Part shown: positions 45,762-59,098 of the stretch, one piece after another
Layout: each line of letters opens with the position of its first letter
Position numbering within the stretch: position 1 is the stretch's first letter
Assembly (NCBI GenBank): GCA_951406725.2
Contig: OX597820.1
Span: 43,772,001 to 43,836,000, forward strand
Direction of reading: 5' to 3'
Source: Octopus vulgaris
Taxonomy: Eukaryota
Length of the DNA stretch: 64,000 nucleotides
The notes under the pieces: model-generated
What the model was told of the DNA's origin: nothing
What the model saw: the letters and a program-made list of their open reading frames with translations, nothing else
Databases searched by the model: none
Made by a program: the position numbers and the translations under genes

Positions 45762-47335
45762 TGCCTTCGCACAGCTTCTAACGTTGGAGATGTACTACAG
45801 TGTCAGCTGTTCACTACCAGTGTATTACGGTAATACCTCTTATTTTTTCGAGCACCTTCCGGAGTATTCGAGCGGCTCCAAGCAGTGCTGTTTTCTGCAA
45901 GCGCTCCACTCTTATTGCAGCCTCTGTTTGTTCCACGTACTTCTCGAGAATTTTTGCTCACAGTTCCCAGGCCTCCGACAATTATTGGTACTACTACCTT
46001 TTTCATTGACCACAACTGCTTAACTTCCCAAGCTAACCTATCATATTTCTCGACTTTTCTTTCTTCCTTATCGCATACCTTGTTGCCCGTTGAGCATGCT
46101 ATGTCTATGATCCAGCATAGTTTGTTTTCTTTTCCGATTAAAACTATGTCCGTCTTCCTATCTCAATCTTATGGTCGCACTGAATCATAAAATCCCATAG
46201 GATCTTTGCATTTCTATTTTCGAGAATGCCTTCGGGTTTGTGCGCGTACCAATTATTTTCTCCATACTCGTTGCAGATGTCCAATGGACAAGCCTGGTTA
46301 TATTGTCGTGGCATCTCTTCTACTCCTTCTGGGCTAGTAGCGTACATCGGCTTGTAATATGCCATAATGTTTCACTGTTTTGTCCACAATTTCTCTGCTC
46401 TAATGCTGTCTTCGCACCCAATAAGTCCTCTTCCCCCTCTTTGTCTTGGTACATACAGTCTGTCTGTGTCAGTCTGTCTGTGACCCATATCTAGTTAGCA
46501 ATTTCTTTGTCTTTCTGTCTAAGCTGTTTAGTTCGTCTACTGTCCATGCGATTACCCCTGCTCCATATCTATGGAGTGAAACTGCCCAGGTGTTGATAGC
46601 TTCGTTCTTATTCCGTCCGTTTAATTTCGACTTAAGGATCAGTCTCAGTCTGTGCAAGTTCTCCACCTTAAATTTTTCTGTCATTTCTTTCTCCATCAAT
46701 TTATCCATTTCCCAAATCCCCAAGTACTTATAGTCCATCTCTTCTACCTGCTTCATAACCTCCCCCGACGGTATCGTTAATCCGTCCATACACTTGATTG
46801 TGCTTCTCTTCAATACTAACACACCACACTTTCTCAGTCCGAACTACATTCTGATATCAGCAATAAAGGTATACACCGTATCAACGAAGGAACTCACTTG
46901 GGCTCTATCTTTACCATAAAGTTTGAGGTCATCCATGAATAACAATTGGCTGACTTTTTGTTGGCAGCTTTTGAATACATACCCAGCTTTTGCTTTTTTC
47001 AGAATCAGTGTCAGTGGTGTCAAGCACAGTACAAAGATCAGTGGGTACAGGCATTCCCTTGGAGATGCCTCTTAATTTCTACTATCCCTAAACGTCTTCC
47101 GTGCGCAGTCAGGTCCGTCCTCCAATTCGCTGTGCTTTTTCCAAGCAATCGCTCAACATTCGATGCAATCCCAAGCAGGTTCATTCACTCCATAATCCAA
47201 GAATGTGGGATCATATCGTATGCTTTACGATAGTCGATCCATGATATGGCTAAGGTACTTTTCCACTCTTGCAGTCTCTGAGTATAGCCTTATCTATCAG
47301 GAGTTGATCCTTGCTACCTCTGCACTTACGGTTGC
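45762..47335 (-). mobile_element. R4/Dong subfamily 5, 5'-truncated with an internal deletion, bounded by (TTA)n on both sides
   Basis: Minus strand WIDYRKAYDMIPHSWI, LLFMDDLKLYG, YKYLGIWE, LNGRNKNEAINTWAVS, ILWDFMIQCDHKIE, PIIVGGLGTV. Confidence 0.9.
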
Positions 47336-47355
47336 AATTATTATTATTATTATTA

Positions 47356-47947
<592 letters not shown>

Positions 47948-47988
47948 GATTATTATTATTATTATTATCATTAATAATAATAATTTTA

Positions 47989-48162
47989 AGGCGGCAAGCT
48001 GGCAGAATCGTTAGCACGCCGGTCGAAATGCCTAGCGGTATTTCGTCCGTTCTGAGTTCAAATTCCACCGAGATTGATTTTGCCTTTCATCCTTCGGAGT
48101 CGATTAAATAAGTACCAGTAACGCACTGGGTCGATGTAATCGACATAATTCCCATCCCCAAT
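47989..48162 (+). mobile_element. SINE family B
   Basis: GGCGGCAAGCTGGCAGAATCGTTAGCACGCC..GAGTTCAAATTCC..GCCTTTCATCCTTCGGAGTCGATTAAATAAGTACCAG. Confidence 0.85.
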
Positions 48163-48166
48163 TTTA

Positions 48167-48211
<45 letters not shown>

Positions 48212-48333
48212 GATTATTATTATTATTATCATTATTATTAATATTAATATTATTATTATTGTTATCATTATTGCTGTTGTTGGCTTATTATTATTAGTAT
48301 TATTATCATTATTATTATTATCATTATTATTAA

Positions 48334-48375
<42 letters not shown>

Positions 48376-48411
48376 CATTATTATTATCATTAATATCATT
48401 ATTATCATTAA

Positions 48412-48480
<69 letters not shown>

Positions 48481-48713
48481 CATTATTATCATCGTCGTCG
48501 TCGTCATCATTATCATCACTATTATTGTTGCTTTGCCCTATGTAAGCGTTATTCATTCCTTGCCACATATATAGCCACCATCATGCCGCGTCACTTCTCT
48601 ATAATCATTCATATACCAATTATTACTGTGCCCTTTACAATGCTATATAACACTTTAATCTCATCACAAATTCTTCCAATATTCTTCCCAAAATACTGCT
48701 GTCGGTACCAGTA

Positions 48714-48942
48714 CCTATTTCTTTATTACCCACAAGGGGCTAAACATAGAGGGGACAAACAAGGACAGACATAGGTATTAAGTCGATTACATCGACCCCA
48801 GTGCGTAACTGGTACTTAATTTATCGACCCCGAAAAGAAGGAAAGGCAAAGTCGACCTCGGCGGGATTTGAACTCACAACGTAGCGACAGACAAAATACG
48901 GCTAAGCATTTCGCCCGGCGTGCTAACGTTTCTGCCAGCTCG
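48714..48942 (-). mobile_element. SINE family B
   Basis: Close match to 13780-14005 and 52369-52600. Confidence 0.85.
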
Positions 48943-49130
48943 ACCAGTACCAACATCATCATCATAGTCATCAGCATCAACATCATTGCCATCATCAACA
49001 TCAACATCAACATCATCATCATCATCATCATCATGATTACTATCATTATTATGATCACCATCATCAACATCATCATTGTCATCGTCGTCGTCGTCATGAT
49101 AGTCACCTTCATCATCACCGAATTCCGATA

Positions 49131-49530
49131 CTCTTTTTACTCTTTTACTTGTTTCAGTCATTTAATTGTGGCATGCTGGAGCACCGCCTTTAGTCGAGCA
49201 AATCGACCCCAGAACTTATACTTTATAAGCCCAGTACTTATTCTATCGGTTCTTTCCTGAACTGCTAAGTTACGGGGACATAAACACACCAGCATCGGTT
49301 GTCAAGCAATGTTGTGGGTGGGGGGATAAACACAGACACACAACCACACATACACCTATATATACATATACATATATAGACGGGCTTCTTTCAGATTCCG
49401 TCTACCAAATCCACTCACAAGGCTTCGGTCGGCCCGAGGCTATAGCAGAAGACATTTACCCAAGGTGCCACGCAGTGTGACTGAACCCGGAACCATGTGG
49501 TCGGTAAGCAAGCTACTTACCACACTGCCA
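49131..49530 (-). mobile_element. SINE family A
   Basis: Close match to 21481-21883. Confidence 0.9.
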
Positions 49531-49535
49531 ATATA

Positions 49536-49565
<30 letters not shown>

Positions 49566-49572
<7 letters not shown>

Positions 49573-49868
49573 ACCGACCAGACCATCAGATGTTGCTACA
49601 CATCGCTGGTCACAATACGTTCGCATTGTTTTAGCCTTCGAATGACGCCACCCCGCTGGCTAATTGAGCAGGCCAACAGAAGAAAGAGTGAGAGAAAGAG
49701 TGGTGAAAGAGTACAGCAGGGATCACCACCCCCTGCCGGAGCCTCGTGGAGCTTTTAGGTATTTTCGCTCAATAAACACTCACAACGCCCGGTCTAGGAA
49801 TCGAAACTGCGATCCTACGACCGCGAGTGCGAGTCCGCTGCCCTAACCACTAGGCCATTGCGCCTCCA
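49566..49868 (-). mobile_element. SINE family C with alternative tail, inserted in (TA)n
   Basis: Same head as 30287. The tail ..GTGACCAGCGATGTGTAGCAACATCTGATGGTCTGGTCGGTCACGTG runs into (TA)n. Confidence 0.85.
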
Positions 49869-49906
49869 CATATATATATACATACATACACATATATATA
49901 GAGACA

Positions 49907-49960
<54 letters not shown>

Positions 49961-50011
49961 TATATATTTATATATATACATATATATTTATACATATGCC
50001 TATATATATGT

Positions 50012-50065
<54 letters not shown>

Positions 50066-50504
50066 GGTATGTGACTTTCCAACACCAGCGTAGAAACAAC
50101 TGCAGCAAAAAACAAACAACAGATGCAGCTTTCACGTGATAAAACAAACACTAGTACAACCAAGTCTATCGTAACTAACATTCTAACTCCACCATTTCGA
50201 CACGTAAATATTACATAGCATCACATCTGCCACCCAAGCTAGCAATAAAATTCCCTTATATCATCATCAACGCCATCCGTGGCAGAAAAAGGAGAAGAAA
50301 AAAAAAGACAGATAAACGAATTACCAGACAAACAAATTTACAAACAAACAAACAAACAAATAAACAAAAAAGTCAGCAATGGACAACAATAATGATAATA
50401 AAAAAAAACAACAAAAAGGGCAGGGTGTAAACATTAGCTACCGCAGTAGAAACTGCGATAAAACATCAGTACTGCCAATTAATTATCCTAAAGCATTATA
50501 CAAT

Positions 50505-50521
50505 AGTCGTCATCATCGTAG

Positions 50522-50553
<32 letters not shown>

Positions 50554-51306
50554 GTCATCATCATCTTCGTCATCATCATCATCATCATCGTCATCATCAT
50601 CATCATCATCGTCATCATCATCATCATCATCATCGTCATCATCACCATCATCACCGTTGTTGTCATCGTCATAATCAACATTGTCATCCTCATCATTGTG
50701 ATTGTCATCATCGTCGATATTATCATCATCATCGTCATCATAATCGTCGTCGTCGTTGTCTTAATCATCACCATTGTCATCATCATCATCGTCATCATCA
50801 CCATCATTGTCATCATCGCCGTCGTTGTCGTCGTCGCCATCCTCATCAGCATCAACATCAACATCAGCAGCATCAGCAGCAGTAGCAGCATGACGTTGTC
50901 ATCGTCGTTGTCGACGTCGTCGTTACCACCAACCAACTTTGCCACTAATTTAACCATCAACAAATCATCGTCGCTATCAGTGACAGCAGCAGCAGCAGCA
51001 GCAGTGTCAGCATCATAACCGTCATCAACATTATCAGTTCATCACCATTCTCATTACTGTCACCATACGTATACCCATACTCGTCAGCATCATCATCATT
51101 ATCATCAGCATTGTAGTCGTCGTCGTCATCATCAACATTGTAGTTATCATCATCCTCATCATCATCGACATGATGACACCGTAGTCGTCATCTTCTACAT
51201 CATCATCATTATCATCATCATCTTCATCATCATCAACACTACCATCACACATGTAGTCGTCGTCGTCCTCCTCCTCATCCTCATCATCATCATAATCATC
51301 ATCAAT

Positions 51307-51344
<38 letters not shown>

Positions 51345-51660
51345 AATCAGCATCAATATCATCATCATCATCATCTTCATCAACGCTACCATCACATTGT
51401 AGTCGTCGTCATCATCATCATCATCATCGATATGATGACACCGTAGGCGTCATCACCTTCATCATCATCATCATCATCATTATCATCATTACCATCATCG
51501 TCATCATCATCATCATCATCATCATCATCAACGCTACCATCACACCGTAGTCGTCGTCATCATCATCATCATCGCCATCATCATCGCCATCACCATCACC
51601 ACCACCATTACCATTGCAATTACGATCAACAGGATCAGGATCAGGACCGCCACGATAATA
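50505..51660. repeat. Degenerate (CAT/CGT)n low-complexity tract with higher-order periodicity
   Basis: caac(a/g)ctaccatcac recurs at 51234, 51381 and 51529. Confidence 0.85.
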
Positions 51661-52097
51661 GTAGTATGACAAAGAATAAAACCTAGAAAGTACAAAGCCT
51701 ACAACAGTTCTCAGTTCTGCAATAACAACAAAACACAATTGCGACAACCACGCCGAACTCCAGTGATTCTGACAACAACTACAATAGCAGAAATATAACT
51801 CACGATCATCAATAATCATGGATTATCCCCTAACAGGTTGATCTGGGGCTAAAGATCAACTTAATCACACTAGCATTTCCAATAAACCCTTCCAAATGAG
51901 AATGTACATTATGGTTCTCAACCAACCAGAAGTATGGCAGATTCGAAACTAAAGATATATGGGCTACATCTAAATTTTCGGCCCGTTCTATATGTTATAT
52001 GTACTGGAAGTCTGTTTTGTCAGAACTAACCTGAGGTTTACACAGCGACAAAACAGTTTTATACTGCATTGCACTGCACTGTGCTCAATACTAATGT

Positions 52098-52970
52098 AAA
52101 GACGTTTGGCTCAGTGGTTAAAGAGTCGGGCTCACTATCATGAAGTTATGCGTTCGATTCCCGGAACGGTCTGTGTGTTGTGTTGTGTCGTGTTGTGTTC
52201 CTGATCAAGATATTTTATTTCTACTTTGCTTCAGTTCAGTCAGCTGTAGAAATGACCTGCAACATCACAGGTACTAAGCTGTATGGGCGTTGTTCTCACG
52301 ATGAATACAGAATTACCGTTTGATCGTTATTAAACCATCATTTTGGCTGCTATTTCTGGAGAAAAAAAAGGCGGTGAGCTGGCAGAAACGTTAGCACGCC
52401 GTGCGAAATGCGTAGCCGTATTTCGTCTGCCGTTACGTTCTGAGTTCAAATTCCGCCGAGGTCGGCTTTGCCTTTCATCCCTTCGGGGTCGATTAAATAA
52501 GTACCAGTTATGCACTGGGGTCGATATAATCGACTTAATCCGTTTGTCTGTCCTTGTTCGTCCCCTCTGTGTTTAGCCCCTTGTGGATAGTAAAGAAATA
52601 GGTATTTCGTCTGCCGTTACATTCTGAGTTCAAATTCCGCTGAGGTCGACTTTGCTTTTCATCCTTTCGGGGTCGATAAATTAAATACCCGTAACGCGCT
52701 GGGGTGGATGTAATCGACTTAATCCCTTTGTCTATCCTTGTTTGTACCCTCTATGCTTAGCCCCTTGTGGGCAATAAAAAATTAAGCTGTATCGGCCTTT
52801 GCCTTTCCCTTGGATAAAATCGCTGGAGAGTGTGGGGCTGATATGCATGGGTGACTGCTGATCTTCCATAAACAACTTTGCGCGGACTTGTGCCTTGGTG
52901 GGTAACTTCCTTGGTGCAATCCCATGGTCATTCTTGACCGAAGGATGGGCTTTACTTTTACTTTACACAA
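52098..52970 (+). mobile_element. SINE family D split by an insertion at 52289-52782
   Basis: Head TGGCTCAGTGGTTAAAGAG..GTTCGATTCCC. The body resumes after a duplicated TAAGCTGTAT(g/c)GGC and ends in a (TTTAC)n tail. Confidence 0.8.
52369..52782 (+). mobile_element. SINE family B tandem dimer
   Basis: One full unit followed by a headless unit starting at AAGAAATAG|GTATTTCGTCTGCCG (~52601). Confidence 0.9.
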
Positions 52971-53545
52971 TAGTAATCTCCAAGAGGAATGTCAGTGTTA
53001 AATATTTCCTTTACTTTCTATTCATATTTCTACAATATTATTTACGGCAAGAATAACAACGACAATAACGTCCTCAATAATAATCTAATATAACAATAAC
53101 AGAAATATATATAAATTTGCAATTACAGTACCACCGCAAAGAAATTAGCACAATCTAAGGAAAACAACAAATAAGAACGACAAGACGACAACAAAAGCAA
53201 CAAAACGACAGAAATAACAAACAGAACATGAACGACAAAAACAACAACAAAAGTAACGATTCAACAGGAAGCTGACAGCAGTGAAACCGTCATTTATAAG
53301 TTACCAACTCCTAAACATAGCAACAACAACAACATCAACAACGGAAGGATCATCAACAGCAACAACGACAACGAAACTTTACAGTTGTTGCTGTTGATAT
53401 AGTTAAAGCTCCAATAACGATAGTAACAACAGCGAAATCTATAAACATCAAAATCAACAATGACAATCGTTGCAGCCATTGTTGAAAAATATAACGCCAT
53501 CAACGTACGCCATCTTACTACTACAAGAACATCTACCACCACCAG

Positions 53546-53636
<91 letters not shown>

Positions 53637-54202
53637 ATTATAAATCTCCATGCCTTCCTTTCACTATTAACGGCAACACGCACATGAATACACACTCACA
53701 ATTACAGGCACACATACACACATACAAATACACATACACACGCACAACAATGGCTTGCATAAAATCGACAGACACATCCATCTACACTCGTAAAAATCGA
53801 CAACGCTCCCATGTCTCTCGACACACCAGGCAATTTTATCCTCTATGTAGACCATAAATTATTACTATATTTAAAAAATTTTTTTTTTAATTTTCTTTCC
53901 CTCGTCTTGCCACCATATATCTTTGTTTTTGTTTTCTGTTTTTATTTATTTATTTGTTTATTTGCTTTTTTTTGTCATCTGTAACAAGTAATTTCACGTT
54001 CAGTGAGAAAACAGACGTGGCACGCTAGCACACAAAGCCGCATAAATATACAAACTGACACACATGCTCAAAGAGATACCTCTACGCATCTTCCATTTTG
54101 CATTTTCGCTTCCAGAAATGACAAGAGTTTTCATGGCATCGAATTCAAATGCAAGCATCTTTACAAACACTCATACACAGTCACACAGAGTTATGCACAT
54201 GC

Positions 54203-54250
<48 letters not shown>

Positions 54251-54251
<1 letters not shown>

Positions 54252-54570
54252 AGCTTAATAACCACTTCGAGAATCCAGTTCCCACAAAAACTGTTCACCG
54301 GGAGCTGCACAAAGTCGAATTTCACGGAAGGGCTGCAACCAGAAAAACACTACTTCCAAAAACAAACGTTGCAAAGTGTTTAGAGTGAAGTAAAAACTTA
54401 TAGAATTGAACTCAGGAGCAGTGGAAGAATGTTATTTTCTTGTACGAGTCATCGTGTACCATATTTCCGACCACTGGCCAAGTATACGTATGGAGAAAGC
54501 CAAAAGAAGTATTTGACCCAGGCTGCCTTCTTCCAAGTGTTAAACATGGAGGTAGATCTGTGACGATCTG
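54251..54570 (+). mobile_element. Tc1 (DD34E-type) transposase fragment
   Basis: TKTVHRELHK..GRAATRK, QWKNVIFLYES, VYVWRKPKE, LPSVKHGGRSVTI. Confidence 0.85.
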
Positions 54571-54761
54571 TGATGTATGTATGTATGTATGTATGTATGT
54601 ATGTATGTATGTATGTATGTATGTATGTATGCATGTACATATAATTTTATGGTCATAAATACATGTGCATGTTAACATATGCATATATGCATATACATAT
54701 GTGTGAGTCTCCATACACTGATACATATACTCACACACACACATATATACGTATGTATGCA

Positions 54762-55333
54762 TGTCTCTTCTATTTCAATTATTATAAATCTTCCAGTGAG
54801 GAGGGAGGCAGTTTCCAACAAAGATACAAGGCTCCATCTTTGGGCTGTAATTCAACACAGGCAAATTCTAATTTGGAACTTGAGAAAAGTCTTGCATAGT
54901 TTTACTGTTCCACTTAGAGATTGCACTTGTAATATACGAATCAGCCGATCAATTTCTCTTTCTGAAAATCCTAGTTTATCCAGATGTTCCTTTAAGCACT
55001 TATTAACAAAACCTAGTGCTCCAAATATTATTGGTATGAATATGAATTCATAGTCTGGATACAGAAGCTGTAGGTTTCGAGGCAGTTGTCCATATATATC
55101 CTCTCTTTCTTTGATTTTCAAAGAGTTATTTATATCTGCAGGGCAAATTTCTCAATAGTTCGACATAGGTATTCTCTTTTTCACTGATCTTCAGCTTCAT
55201 CTTAACATCTGTTGGGCAGCTAATTTCCACACCTGTACAAAGTTTCTCTTCTCTATCTCAAATCATTATATCAGGTATGTAGTGTTTACATTTTACTGAG
55301 GTGTTTACTGGTACATTCCACCAGTATTCCTTT
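54762..55333 (-). mobile_element. R4/Dong-like RLE LINE 3' end flanked by (CATA)n
   Basis: EYWWNVPV..PDIMI..VEISCPTD, then YPDYEFIFIPIIFGALG..SGTVKLCKTFLKF. Same lineage as 9200-14330. Confidence 0.85.
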
Positions 55334-55539
55334 TATGTATGTATGTATGTATGTATGTATGTATGTATGTATGTATGTATGTATGTATGTCTGCATGTAT
55401 GTATGTATGTATGTATGTATGTATGTATGTATGTATGTATGTATGCATGTATGTATGTAAGCACGTATATGTATATAAGGCGACCTACCAGAATCGTTAG
55501 CACACCGGGCGAGATGCTTAGCGGCATTTCATAAAAGGT

Positions 55540-56450
55540 TGAAGCTAGGCAGTTGCAGCCAATGTTACCTTCTTTAGGAAGACACAAATTTTGAGTGGAG
55601 TCACCCAAAAGTGCTATCATGGGGACATTACTGCTTATAGTAGCTCTCTTAGACCTGGCCATTGTTACTCAGACAGCTACTGTCATTTGATAAGTTGATG
55701 ATCCAAAATTATGACAGTCAGTAAAGAAATCTAAATATGCTGGAATCTTGTAGAATGACCTTCAAGTGGACTGAACAAAAGTTTAATGCCGGGAAATTTC
55801 AAGCGCAATCAGCTGGAAATGTACCTTAGCCTACAGTAGAAATCTTGGAGATTAGCAAGTGTAATGATGCAATAAATGGAAGACGATTGACAGGATAAGT
55901 TCTAACGTTCTCCAGGGCAAGGGACCGAGAAATTACGTAGATCCTGTGGAAGAACTTTGTTCGCAGCCGCCTGGATTATTGCCATCAAGTGTGATCACCA
56001 CATAGTATCAAACTAGCAGCGGAGCTTGAAGCGATCCAGCGTTACTATACTTAAAAAACTGCCATATTTCAGGTGAACTACTGGGAGAGGTTGAAGGAAC
56101 AACGACTTTACTCCCTCGAATGAAAAAGCGAAAAATATGCAATTATTTACATAAGGAAATTACTAGCGTCGGCATCAAGAACTATAAAAATTCCCGTGAA
56201 GGCCGCCATTGCATAGTGAGGACCAGGTTCTGCAATTGCATGGGATTGAAAAGCTTACAGATCTTCAATGACTCCCGTCTAAAAAAAGATCTAACACTTA
56301 CAAAATAGGGATGTAGACATCTCTAAAAAGAAATTTGACGTTCTCCTATCCACGCTACTAAATGAACCAACATGCCGCCAAGGGCGAATGATATGAACTC
56401 TCACCGAGCAGAACAAATCAAGGATAAAAGTTACGGTAGCTCTCCAGTAT
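55540..56450 (+). mobile_element. CR1-type LINE ORF2 3' half, decayed
   Basis: SGV.QSAIMGTLLL (SGVPQGTVLGPLLF-like), VDDPKL (ADDTK-like) and FVRSRLDYC..ELEAIQR. Confidence 0.75.
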
Positions 56451-56489
56451 CACCGCTGCTGTATGACTGAAGCACATTGAAAAAAATTA

Positions 56490-56530
<41 letters not shown>

Positions 56531-56914
56531 TGTGTCTGTGTCTGTGTGTGTGTGTGCGTGTGTCTGTGTGTGTGTCTGAGTGTGTGTGTGTCTGTATGTG
56601 CCTGTGTGCATGAGAATTTGATAATGATAATTATTTGCCAAAACCAAAAATGTGTATAGTTGCTTGAATCGATTCAGTACTTCATTACAAAATCTTCTCG
56701 ACTTCAGAGTTTATGTAATAAACCTGATTCCAATGTAATTTGAACTTCGTGATATAAAACTAAATACGTTAACAAATGTAGTCCATTATCCAGAGTTTTA
56801 TTTTTACGAAATCAACGTATTACACTGCGTAACACAATTTTTGTTCTTAGGTAGAAACTGTTATTTTCTATTTGCTTACCCCTAGAAAGTATGACAAATG
56901 GTTAATATTTCCTT

Positions 56915-57100
56915 CAAACCTTGTTACATTTATTCAAACCCAAAAGAATCCCTCTCAACACAGCTTTGGTGCTCCCCTACTACTCATGCTCAGGATCAGT
57001 GATATACATACTGTCAGCCACTAAGGGGCATGTTCATGTGGCTACGGTCAAACAGCTGACAAGCAAATCTGTGGCATTGAGCAGATATTTGCTATAACGA
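56915..57100 (-). mobile_element. Dispersed repeat family E, 5' part
   Basis: Reverse complement of 28870-29030 (gagcag..gttgagagg.attcttt..tttgaataa). Confidence 0.6.
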
Positions 57101-57324
57101 TATTTCTGGCTCAGCAACTCAGCGCTGAATCTGTCTGAAATGTAATCAGAAATAACCAATCTCAAAATATTGATGTCCATATCACAAAGGCAAAATTTGA
57201 AGGGAATAGTAGTCAATTCCTTTGACTTCTAGAAGCAAATAGGAAATAACATTTACTGACGAAAGACAAAAAGACATTAATTAAATTTTGTTGCAGTGTT
57301 ATTAGTTGACAATAGGGCAGTTGC

Positions 57325-57605
57325 ATTAAGTGCCAGTTGCATACTTGGGTCTATCTAATCGGCTGGCCCCCTCCACAAACAATTTCGGACCTTGTACCTA
57401 GAGTAGAAAAGAATATTTGGGGGCTATGTAAGACGGCGAGCTGGCAGATTCGTTGGCGCTTCGGGCAAAATATTTAGCAGTATTTCGTCTGTCTGTACGT
57501 TTGTTGCCCAAAATCCGCCAAGGTCAACTTTGCCATTCGGCCTTCGGGCTTGCACACTGGGAGCCCATGTAATTGACTTCTCTTCTGAAACGACTATACT
57601 TATAC
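57325..57605 (+). repeat. Left arm of a ~280-bp inverted duplication (SINE-B derived)
   Basis: Reverse complement of 58724-59004. ORFs 57424..57633(-) and 58708..58905(+) are almost identical. Confidence 0.9.
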
Positions 57606-58699
57606 TATAGGGCAATGGATTAACAGAATCCATAGAGCATCGGACAAACTAGTATGACGTATTACTTTCGATTCTTACTGTCCATGATTTCAATTCCTAC
57701 CATTGCTAAACCTTTCTTTCATCCCTCCATTGTCGGTAAACAGAAATAACAATCAAGTAATGGGGTCGATGGTGTCGACTAACCGTCTCTCCTATAAAAT
57801 ATTGGCCTTGTGCCTAAATTAGAAACAATTCTTAGTAGATTCGTGTTATGCAACCAATAATTTATAGGCAATAATGTCACTTTTAGAGGTGGTAACATTT
57901 CAGCTGTTTAAACTGTGAACATGAAAGTTTCAGAATCTGAGGTTAATAACTAACGAAATATTTACAGAAAGCGTCTTGTTTGTTTGGAGTTTTAGCTTTT
58001 TGCTTTTTTTTTTTTTTTGTTTTTGTTTTTTACTGTGGTGCCTTTTAGTCACTAATTTTATGTTAGAACCTGATTTGGTAATAAAATGATATATAAACCA
58101 AGTGTAAATGGACATATTCATTGAAGATCCAGGAACGTAAATATCGGATAATAATTATTTTGCTGACAAACAATGAAGTGAATAACCGATTGAACTGACT
58201 AGATGTTTCTTTTATCAATAGCGGAAGGATGAAAGACGAAGTACGTTTATTACTTTGTTACAATGTCATAAATGTAGTTTTACAGTTAGTTAGAGTTAAA
58301 TGAATTTATTTATTTATTTACAGTATTCCTCGTCCCCATCTCTGAAACAAAGTTCGGAGTAGTTTTACAGTTAGTTTGAGTTCAGCAAATTTGATTACAG
58401 TACTACACTTATTCATCTCTGAATATTGAAAAAAAGGTTTGCCGATGTAGTATTAGAAATATTTACTAAAAATAAGGAAGAATGGTCAAGCTGGAATGCT
58501 CAGAGCTTCTTGAATCAGGCTTCGTGATCTGAGTCTAATCAACAACAGCATAGATCACAAATAAATAATTATACAGGTATATTATTAAATACTTAGGCTC
58601 GCTGTGAAATTAAGATTCGCCAGGACAACTTTGGCAGTTTGAAATTACACGCGAATTGATTACTTAAACTATGTTTAATTTTTTTTATTTTTGATAAAT

Positions 58700-59098
58700 C
58701 GCAAATATTGATTTCAAATTTTGGTACAAGTATAGTAGTTTCAGAAGAGAATTCAATTACATGGGCTCCCAGTGTGCAACCCCGAAGGCCGAATGGCAAA
58801 GTTGACCTTGGCGGATTTTGGACAACAAACGTACAGACAGACGAAATGCTGCTAAATATTTTGCCCGAGGCGCTAACGAATCTGCCAGCTCGCCGTCTTA
58901 CATAGCCCACGAATATTTTTTTCTACTCTAGGCACAATGTCCGAAATTGTTTGTGGAGGGGACCAGCCGATTAGATAGACCCAAGTATGCAACTGGCACT
59001 TAATTTATCGACCTCGAAAGGATGAAAGGCAAAGTCGACCTCGGCGGAATTTGAACTCAGAACATAAAGACAGACGAAATACTACTAAGCATTTCGCC
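58700..59098 (-). mobile_element. Tandem SINE family B units; contains the right arm of the inverted duplication
   Basis: Two B-type units in tandem on the minus strand. Confidence 0.85.

Noticed and set aside
50379-50963. His-rich 168-aa and Met-rich 155-aa ORFs (metal-binding or reflectin-like?)
   Set aside because: Open in several frames on both strands because of (CAT)n. There is no reflectin motif and no splice context.
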